A stretch of 62,902 nucleotides of DNA, filler included, from Octopus bimaculoides (lineage: Eukaryota), in NCBI RefSeq assembly GCF_001194135.2. It is 9 parts of 8 records of this genome, joined end to end, with 100 filler letters (N's around TTAATTAATTAA, not from the genome) between each part and the next. Parts side by side here need not be neighbours in the genome. Positions count along the whole stretch, not along the records: positions 1 to 17,900 come from NC_068982.1; 8 more parts are not named here. One strand, 5' to 3'. The notes beneath the pieces were generated by a model. It worked only from the letters and a program-made list of their open reading frames with translations. It was not told where the DNA came from and searched no databases. Of the stretch, positions 1 to 9,541 are shown one piece after another. How positions within the stretch are numbered: the first letter of the stretch is position 1; each line of letters starts with the position of its first letter. The translations under genes and the position numbers were made by a program.

Positions 1-1670
1 CCAACATGTTTCTGCCTGGGCACATATATGCATTGGGATCTTTATGATTTGACGGGCAACACTTGTTTTCTTAACGAAACACTTTCAAACTTGGGACACT
101 GGTAGAATGTGTCATACAAAACAACTTTTTTCTCTTAGCCTTCTTAACAAAAAATTGTACATCGCAAGTTATTTCATGTTAAAGTTGTCGTATTTCTGTA
201 ATTTCAACCAATCACTGACGTCTATTCAGCTGAATACAGTCAGTGCTCTTTTTAGAAACAATAATTTTTACCGGTGTTAAGAGTGTTATTCCCTGTTTAA
301 TTATATCATTATTCCCTAGTAAGGTGTTAGGGTTTGGGTTAGTGTTATGGTTATGGACTATATGTAATCTGAACCTTTCCCCCCCTTATTATTATTTTTA
401 TTTTTACGGAGTCCCACGTTTTAGGCTATGGAGATTCCGATTCTGAAAAAAATTTTTCAAAAATCTCAATTTCAAAATTTCGATTCCCCCCCCCCCACCG
501 GTTTTTATATAGATCCACACGGTGGAAAAAGTGAAAAAAAAATAGTGTAGTAGTTGAAGTGCACCTTATATGAAATAAATATGAAGGAAAAAATGCGCTT
601 TGGCAAATGGGGTCTCCGCTACATTAGTCCTCACTTCAATGGCTATAGACTCTTTCACTGTCTCTTCTTCATTGCCATCCTTGTATGTTCTTAATGTGCA
701 TACATCTAAGCCTACATACACACGCATACATCTTATTCTTATGACGGCCTGACTATTATTCTGTATATATGATGCACATACAAACACATACATGTTAACA
801 TATCAATAAATCTTCTCTTAAACATTCTACCCGGTTGTGTCTCTTATTTCCCTCTGGTACATATATGCATTGTTCTATTTATATTTATCGCATCGACCGT
901 GTGATGTACTAAGGAGCCATTCTCATCACCTCACTTCACACAGACGTCAAAAATCAGTGACCTGTTCCAACTCCTTGAAACTACAAAACAATTATAATGG
1001 GAGGAGATACTCCAAAGGTATCTAAACCTTCAATTCTTTGATTAAGTACAATTGATGTTTGTTAACATCATTGATGAACACTAGCTTAAGACTAGTTGCT
1101 AGGTGATCCTGCTAGATATAGCACTTAAAATGGTATCTTGCAAAAAGAAAAGACATGCTGGATAATGTAGTGGTGGATAAAGCATACATGAAAATAAGAC
1201 AGAAAGCCTTTGAATCATATGTTTGCTTGATCACAGCTGGCAGGGACTAAAACAACTCAAATGTAGATTTGAAATATTTTACCTCTCCTGAGTTTTAGAG
1301 TCCAATAGCTTTCTAAACAATATATTTTTCTATCTTTTATCCATCTTCTTATGCTGACATGAGAAGAATAGCTTTGAAAATGAAGACTTTGTACACTATT
1401 GCTTATATAGATATATTCTCACAGCTATTCTCCCGCCAATGAAGTAGAGTGGAATATGTTAGTTCAATAGGTAGGCTGAACTAAACAGATACTCTTTCAA
1501 CCATAGATCAGAGTGGAATCTGTTAGTTCGACAGGGAAACAAAGGTAAGAGAGAAATATTTAAGAGAAACAGAATTATACTGTTATTAGTGAAGGAATTT
1601 ATGTTAGTTTCATATGCAGTTTATTAATTCTATGACAAATGGGCTCTTCAACCAAAAGTTTTAGTTTTTG

Positions 1671-1818
1671 TAGGCATGGTAGTGTGATTAAGAAGCTTGC
1701 TTCCCAACTGTGTGGTCTCAGGTTCAGTACCACTGTGTCGTACAGGAGCCTTCTGCTACAGCCTCAGGCCAACCACAACCTTGAGAGTGAATTTAGTTGA
1801 CAGAAACTGAAAGAAGCT
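1671..1818 (+). mobile_element. tRNA-headed SINE family A, degenerate 5' part
   Basis: aagaagcttgcttcccaa...ggttcagt...gacagaaactgaaagaagc; CpG-decayed relative to the copy at 27470. Confidence 0.7.
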
Positions 1819-2644
1819 CGGTGTGTGTGCACACGTGCAAATGGATGTATGATTACTACTGTTGAGTTTAGAGCTCCACGTAGATTATCATCATCCAATC
1901 TTCTTCCAGTATAGTGGTTTAGTTACTGCTATATTTAATAGTATTACTACTTATGATNNNNNNNNNNNNNNNNNNNNNNNNNNNNNNNNNNNNNNNNNNN
2001 NNNNNNNNNNNNNNNNNNNNNNNNNNNNNNNNNNNNNNNNNNNNNNNNNNNNNNNNNNNNNNNNNNNNNNNNNNNNNNNNNNNNNNNNNNNNNNNNNNNN
2101 NNNNNNNNNNNNNNNNNNNNNNNNNNNNNNNNNNNNNNNNNNNNNNNNNNNNNNNNNNNNNNNNNNNNNNNNNNNNNNNNNNNNNNNNNNNNNNNNNNNN
2201 NNNNNNNNNNNNNNNNNNNNNNNNNNNNNNNNNNNNNNNNNNNNNNNNNNNNNNNNNNNNNNNNNNNNNNNNNNNNNNNNNNNNNNNNNNNNNNNNNNNN
2301 NNNNNNNNNNNNNNNNNNNNNNNNNNNNNNNNNNNNNNNNNNNNNNNNNNNNNNNNNNNNNNNNNNNNNNNNNNNNNNNNNNNNNNNNNNNNNNNNNNNN
2401 NNNAGGTATTTTGTTCAACACTAACAATTCAGTTAACCTATTACTCTAGACAAGTACTTTATTAACTCTGGAAGGATGGAAAGCAAAATTAACATTGGTG
2501 TGACGTGAACTCACAATGTAAAGCATTGAAACAAGCTGCAAAGTATTTTGTTTAAGATTAACAATTTTGTCATTTTTGTCAATTACGTAAAGATATGGTG
2601 GGGATTATAATAAAAACATTGCAAAGATAACAAGTGAACGGTAC

Positions 2645-2725
2645 CTGATTTAACTTAACAATATTGTTTCCAGTACGTTCACGGTCTTGGTACTTTTTGA
2701 CCTTAGCTTCACATCTTTTGTATTC
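2645..2725 (-). CDS. BIN3: BIN3 coding exon (81 nt, phase 0-0): EYKRCEAKVKKYQDRERTGNNIVKLNQ
   Basis: Acceptor ttctttttgcttcag, donor CAG|gtaccg. Aligns to human BIN3 DYRRLQAKVEKYEEKEKTGPVLAKLHQ (recalled sequence). Confidence 0.92.
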
Positions 2726-2887
2726 CTGAAGCAAAAAGAATCATTAATCAGTGAAAATAACTGATAATGGGGTTTAGACATTAAGCAAAATGTTCACAGA
2801 TGATACAAACTTACTTCAACCAATGGCCCAGTGTAGCCACAGCCCTCTAGACAAAATTAGTGAAAATATAATCCTAATCTTGAATAG

Positions 2888-3085
2888 GCACAGGTATGGT
2901 TGTGGTTGAGAAGTTTGCTTCTCAACACATGGCTTTGGGTTCAGTCCAACTGTGTGGCACCATGGGTGAGAGTGTTTTCTATTATAGTACTGGGCTGACC
3001 AAAGACTTGTGAGTGAATTTGGTTGATGTAAACTGAAAGAAGCCTAACAACCATACGAAGTCAAGGCAAGGTGACAGTAACACAT

Positions 3086-3116
<31 letters not shown>

Positions 3117-3240
3117 TGAAAGGCTTCTTTCAGTTTCTTTCTATCAAATCTACTCACATTTGCCCAAGGTGCCATGCAAATGGATTGAACCTGAAACCAT
3201 GTGTTTGGGAAGCAAACATTTTATCACACTGCCATGTCCA
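2888..3240. mobile_element. Two SINE A fragments in opposite orientation (2888-3043 +, 3118-3240 -)
   Basis: Same head and central motifs as other family A copies, separated by a (TA)n tract. Confidence 0.65.
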
Positions 3241-3603
3241 CATCTATGAGTTGGTAAAAAGTATACAGTGAAATTTGTGAGTTTTGCTAAGTTTATAAGG
3301 AAGGCTGGGGAAAAGAAGAATTTGAAGTCTAGAAACTATCATTTGAAAAAATTTTTCATTTTCTTTCTCAGACAATGAGACAGTGTTGAAACATCAGATT
3401 CATCTTTTTCCTAACTTAACCAAATTTCAGAAGCTATTGATGTGTTAATCAGTAAAACATTGATGTGACGTAACCGATTGAGTTTTAGGCTTCTAAATGT
3501 GAGATATTCTTGTGTTTTAATAAGATGCTAATCAGTTCCTTTATGATATATATCCTTCTCCAGTTACGTATTTAGAATTAAGCAGATTCTAAATAGAAAA
3601 AAC

Positions 3604-4165
3604 CAGGGGTCGGTAACCAGGGTAAATTACTCCAAGTGGGGTAAAAATGAAATTCTTGGTGGTAATGAGGACTCATTAGACATAAGTAAAATTATATAAA
3701 AAACGTGTTCCTTCTTATGATGGAAATTTTTCTCCTGGCACGAGGAGGCAGTCAAAAAGTTGCTGCTTTTACAACAACCTACCTTTGCAAACAAAGATTT
3801 TCCATTCTAAAGAACATAAAAACAAAGCAGAGTAATTAACTGGACCCCAAAGACTATAGCCAAACTACTCAGGCATCAAAATGCTCCAATTTTGATGTAA
3901 TTATAACAAAAATGAAATATCATTTCTCTAAAATGTCAAGTGAAAAAGTCTCTAGAAAAATCCTTTTGTTTCACAATGAGGATATTAATTAATTCTATTG
4001 CATTTGTTTTATACTTTTTATATTTATAATTGAATTCTCCATATAAATAGATTCAAAAAACTTTTTGAATTCAAAGACTATGATCTTCTTCCTTTCAAAT
4101 CAAGGGGGTAACATTGGCGAAAATATATTTTGGGGTAACTGGTTAAAAAAGTTCCCTAACCCCTG
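3604..4165. mobile_element. Non-autonomous hAT-like element (MITE)
   Basis: Termini CAGGGGTCGG...CCTAACCCCTG; no clean 8-bp TSD. Confidence 0.45.
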
Positions 4166-4204
4166 GAATAGAGCATAAAAGGATAGGTAAACAACTGTAC
4201 AAAC

Positions 4205-4265
4205 CTCCAAAGATTGTTGCCACTTTTTCTTAGCCTCATGAAAAATGGGGAATATACTATTAAAC
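4205..4265 (-). CDS. BIN3: BIN3 coding exon (61 nt, phase 2-0): (K)FNSIFPIFHEAKKKWQQSLE
   Basis: Acceptor cttgtcactacag, donor GAG|gtttgt. Aligns to human KFGSVFPSLNMAVKRREQALQ. Phase-compatible with both neighbouring exons. Confidence 0.88.
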
Positions 4266-5489
4266 CTGTAGTGACAAGAAGCAGTTGTATTAGTATCATT
4301 GAAGCAACAAAATTTTAATGTGACATATTTTTCAATAAAATGAATTCATTTTAATGTTGAATACAGCTAAAAATCTGACCTCTCACTTCTGAAAATTTAT
4401 TGAAAAAAATAAATGAAAAAATATTCAAGAAAAACAAAAACAAAATAAAGCACACTGTTTAAATGATTACTTTTCAAATCAGATGATTTTTCTATCATTT
4501 AGCCACTCAATCATTAAGTGCATGTGGAATTTGTTTTTGCTCAGTTGGAAAAGTACAAGCTCAGGGGTTGAACTTATGTTGTTCAGAATCTTAACTTCTA
4601 AAAAGTGATCTACATAGTATATAACAGGGGTTGTCAATCTTTCATCATTGTGACTCATTTCAGTAAATAATTCTGTAATTATTTTTAAATATTTAAATGA
4701 AAAAAATATATAATTTTCCAAAAATTGAATAAACTTATCAATTAATATTTTTGTTGAGGAAATATTTTTGTTTTCATTTGCAGTCAATGTTGTGTTGAAG
4801 TCCTTATGCCTATGGTTTATTAATAATAAATTCATGAACATTTAATGTTTTATAAAATATTTCAAAAGCAAAATCAAATGATTTAAAACATTTATGAAAT
4901 ATTTCAAAAAACTTTGCAACATATTCAGGGTTATATTGTAACCCACAAGTTGAGAACTATTACTGTGTAAGAAACAACAATGCAGCTAACAAGAAGAAAT
5001 AGTTTCATTCAACCACCTTCAGTAAAATCAGGTGAATTTGGCATTACTAACATGTACTAAGTTTGATATCTTCAGAGTTCTTCACACAAATACTAGTAAG
5101 ATTTTATTATAGTTGATCATATCAACTACAAAATGCTCTATATAGGCAAAAAAAGTTTATATTCTTAGCATGAAAAACATCCCCAAAAATACATCAACTT
5201 AACAAGATATCAATAAACTAGTGATAGACAAAACTATTGTCTATACATGCAGAGAAGCCACTGTTTTATTTTTTGACTAAAAAAAAAACAGCATGAATAA
5301 CTGTACTCAAGTACCAAAGCTGACCTTGGGACTGAAATGCACAGTTCACATTAATACACACACACACACACCTTTTATGTATGTAGCCTTGTGCCAATAT
5401 TAAAATTCAACATCAGCAGAAACAAACATTAACAAATGCCAGAAACATCAGATTTACAATAATAGACAAGTTGAAGAAAATGTATTTAC

Positions 5490-5530
5490 TTTTGGATGGG
5501 TTCCACCAGCATCTTTTGGATGTTGTAATT
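5490..5530 (-). CDS. BIN3: BIN3 coding exon (41 nt by homology, phase 0-2): NYNIQKMLVEPIQ(K); acceptor anomalous
   Basis: Donor AA|gtaaat. Aligns to human VNQIQKTVIEPLKK. Long poly-T tract upstream, but the boundary dinucleotide is AC; the first AG would give a 23-nt exon (5490-5512). Confidence 0.8.
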
Positions 5531-5834
5531 GTATCAGAAAGTAAAAAACAAAAAAAAAAAAAATTAAAGTATTTTACAAAAGTAAAAGAATGATACAAGT
5601 TGAAATATTCAAGTCCATATTTTTTCAAATGCATCATTTATTGAATGGCATGATTTAACAAATGTGTTTGCATAAAGATACAAATTCACTCTCTGAACAA
5701 AAGCAATCAATGCTTTCTCTCTTTTGCTCTTTCTGTCATATGTGTAATTTACTAATAATGTTTTACTCTCTAATGAAGGGTTCTGCCCCAAACTGCCAAC
5801 CTCACTTCTTCTTGACAGTAAACTACTGACCACA

Positions 5835-6620
5835 AGCAAGGATATATGGTTAAGAAGAACAATTTGCAACTACATGGTTCTGAGTTTGATCATGCTGCAT
5901 AGCAAATTATTGGTCAACCTAAGGTTATGGATCAATCCATAGTCTTAGGTTGACCAATAATTTGTGAGAGGAATTTCTTCACAGAAATTGTGCAGAGCCT
6001 ATTGCAGTATGGCTGTGTGGTAAGAAGCTGCTTCCCAACCCCATGGTTTTAGGTTCAGTCTCACTGTAGGGCACCTTGGGTAAGTGTCTTCAATAACCTT
6101 GGGTCACCAAAGCTTTGTGAGTAGATTTGCTAGACAGAAACTGAAAGGAGCTTCCCCCCCACTCTCTCTCTTTAACACATACACACATATACACAGGTGA
6201 AATAGACAGGACAAGAGGGGACATTCTGTGACCACTTCAGTGACTTTCTACTGAAGTGGTCACAGAATGCATGATGAAAGATCTCCAACAAATAAACTAA
6301 TAATAATAAGGCCAAAGTGAAGATCAAATAAATAGTGCGTGTGTTTAACTGGCAAATGATGACCATCCCCAGATATAAGAATATATATATTTATGTATGT
6401 ATGTTTGCATATCTATTTGTCTGTCCCCTATCACTGCTTGATGACCAATGTTGGCTTGTTTACATCGTCTGTTACTTAGTGATACAGCCAAAGAGACTGC
6501 TAGAATAAGTACCAGGCTTAAAGATAAAAATAAGTACTGGGGTCAATTCGTTCAACTAAATCCTTCAAGGAGTTCAAGGTTACCCAGGAGGTCTGTTGTC
6601 CAATGACTAAAAGAAGTAGA
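5835..6620 (+). mobile_element. Cluster of SINE A fragments, containing two hairpins
   Basis: Heads at ~5835 and ~6006; 3' body at 6410-6620 (tcactgcttgatgacc...gaataagtaccaggc). Confidence 0.65.
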
Positions 6621-6780
6621 TAGATAGATAGATAGATACAGATAGATAGACAGACAGATGACTAATAACCCTTACTGGCTTTCAACTATCTTCACTTTAA
6701 TGAATATTGATATCTACTATTCACTGATACATATTCATAGGCTTGCTTAGATTCCATTGTTTTACTATCTGAAAGGTTGA

Positions 6781-6812
<32 letters not shown>

Positions 6813-8085
6813 ATTAACATCTGTTTCCATGCTGGCATGGGATATACAACAATCTGTCATATTACAGATACTGTGCTGTGTCACTTAACAAAGCACTATT
6901 AACCACTGACTCATGTCCTCATCTATGGTCACAATAGAGTTACAGTTTACCAGCAGGAGTACAGAAAGTATTGTGTAACTGTGCTGTGCTTAGCTGTTAA
7001 AATTCAACTAGAGAAATAGGACAGACAAAAAAAAACTATCCCTATGTAAACCTCTTAACAATACTTTAAATTGTACGAAGTAATACCAAGAAAAAACCCA
7101 ACAATTTCTTTACAGAGATCATAAAAACAATTGTAGTAGGACTTTACAGTACTGAATTACATTTCTTGTGACAGTATGGATAACTAAGTTTTGAAAATAC
7201 AGATATTTTATGAAATACTAAGGTTAATCATTTTTTATCTGGATATATCTAGTTTGAATATCAACCATACAATCATGAAATGTGACTTATTTTTATATTT
7301 TCTTCAAGGAGTTATTTAGAGGAGTGACATTTCTTATAGTTAGTTTTGGTACACCCAAATTGAGGAGGTGAGATGACTGCAATAAAAGTAGAATACTCAT
7401 TTCTACTATAAGTGCAAAGCCTGAAATTTTTTAGGGGAGGGGTTAGTTGATTACCTTGACCCCAGTGTTCAATGGATACTTATTTCATCAACCCTAAAGC
7501 AAACATAAATAAAGACAATAGTTTTAGTTTTTGCGACTGAAGAATCTTAGATATTTTTTAATGTCGTCTAGATAATTACGATTTGAAAAGTTCGTTCAAG
7601 GTTGAAATAATTTTTAATGCTGAAGGAAAAATATAATCTTGGAAGTAGTTTAGAAGAACGTGGCATTGTCTATAGAGATGTATAATAATTTGAATTGGTC
7701 ATTGATGAAGAACTCAGCATAATGGTTTCATTTCCTTGACATATCAAATGTGTACCTCTAAATACAGGAGTCTGTTTGAGAAAATCCTCAGCAACCTTAA
7801 TATACTAAAAAAAAATATTATCCTTACTGATATCCAAACAGGGAAGGCTTGTATTAATTTCGTTTTTGGATTTGGTTTGCAAGATTCTTTAGAAAAATAA
7901 AAAAGACATAAGTGGAAATTTTACCGGTGAGTGTTAAATTATAAGGCACTAAAAGAGAATAACTCTCCCCAAACACAACAGAACTTGTATTAATTGTTCG
8001 AGTTAAAATCATTTTCTCTTGTTCTTTAATTTCAAACAGTTTCAGTTTTAGATCATAATAATTCAAATATTAATTAATTAATTAC

Positions 8086-8222
8086 CATTTCTTGCATATG
8101 AAGGTTCAACTTAACAATTGAATTATCCCACTCTTCACAGTAATGCATTAATTTTGATTCTGACTTACATAGTGTACTGGCCATTAAATCTTGTGTGATT
8201 CTCCATTCACATTTACTCAGAC
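8086..8222 (-). CDS. BIN3: BIN3 coding exon (137 nt, phase 1-0): (S)LSKCEWRITQDLMASTLCKSESKLMHYCEEWDNSIVKLNLHMQEM
   Basis: Acceptor gtttctgtttcacag, donor ATG|gtaatt, open frame. Aligns to human AMSKSAVKISLDLLSNPLCEQD...MDAFNQEK. Confidence 0.9.
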
Positions 8223-9099
8223 CTGTGAAACAGAAACATATAGTAAGGCTTAAAAAAAAAACTAGTTTAATAAGGTTACATTAACAAGAAAGTTGCATGG
8301 AAAAGAAGCTATATTATTCTTGAGGATAGTGATAATGACTTCTATGGTCTCAAATTACAGAGAGGGATATAACGAGGATACTGACCCAGATATTTGATTA
8401 GTACTTATTCAGGAAGGATAAAAGGCAAAGTTGACCCTTGTAGCATTTAAACCTAGAACAAAGAATTGTAACTCAATACTGAAAACAATGTTGTTTGCTA
8501 GCCGAACCATTTCACCTGTTAGCCATTCTTCATCCATTAATATTCTCTCTATTCACATATTACACTGATTCATCCCCATCTCCACTGAACCCAATTATCT
8601 CTCCTCATTCATTACTCCTGCCTCTTGTTCTCTCCCTGTCAACTGTATCATTGTTACTACTCTGCAACTCTTTCCCCTCCCTCCATTCTCTTCTGCATCC
8701 CTCTATCCTCCCTAACTCATGCATCATTTGTCATGCACCACCACTTGTCTATCATTCCCTACATCTATCCTTCAACTATATACAATCTTTACAGTTGTTG
8801 TCCATCTCCCCTCCTCTCTCATTCCTCCAGTCCTTGCTCGGTCATTCACTCTTGCAAACTCACACTCATATTCCTAATTCATCTGTCCTCATTCACTTTA
8901 ACTTAACTCATACTTTGAGGGGCTACCTGGACACCTCATCACCACTATTTATCTCATTGCAGAATCCTTACTGATCATTTTCACCCTCTCTTCTAAATAT
9001 GAGTAGCCATGTAGCTTCTCCACGACAAGGAACTGCTCTGCCCACCACCTCCTCTCATACTTTAACCCTTCAACCCACAAAGTTGAACCCCACGATTTG

Positions 9100-9320
9100 G
9101 GGTTCATAGTCTTGCATGCTACATGGTGACCTCACTAGTGCTGGTGGCATGAGAAAAGATCTCAGTACACACTGTAAAGTGGTTGGCATTGAGAAGAGCA
9201 TCCAGCCATAGAAACCACACCAGAGGAGACACTGGAGCTCAGAGCAGTCCTTGGACCAATCAAGTCCTGTCAAACTGTCCAACCTTTGCCAGCATGTAAC
9301 ATGGACATTAAATGATGATG
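9100..9320 (+). mobile_element. SINE with RTE-type (ATG)n tail, degenerate
   Basis: gtggttggcatt..gaagagcatccagc..gaaac...ccaacc..tgccagcatg...aaatgatgatga motif shared by about 8 copies in the window. Confidence 0.7.
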
Positions 9321-9434
9321 ACTGTTCATTCAGCCAATTCACTGCCATAATATATACATACATACATCTATATACGCATTATATATACATCGATATATGC
9401 ATACACATACATATATACACACATCTACATATGT

Positions 9435-9470
<36 letters not shown>

Positions 9471-9541
9471 TGCTATTAAGTTAGACATGGCCTGGACCAA
9501 TCTTTGGTTGAAACATATCTAAGTTTTATATATATATATAT

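Noticed and set aside
3785-3808. 24-nt micro-exon candidate with good splice signals
   Set aside because: Lies inside a MITE; the BIN3 exons on either side already join without it.
4479-4841. 120-aa ORF with EVKILNNISSTP similar to BIN3
   Set aside because: The real homologous exon was found at 8086-8222; this ORF overlaps hAT-like termini and lacks a donor.
5838-5845. ATATCCTT (U12 AT-AC donor consensus) on the minus strand upstream of the AC acceptor
   Set aside because: Inside a SINE head, preceded by an in-frame stop and not at the end of any BIN3 exon.
7640-7690. ERGIVYRDV kinase-like peptide
   Set aside because: Flanked by stops with no other kinase motifs.
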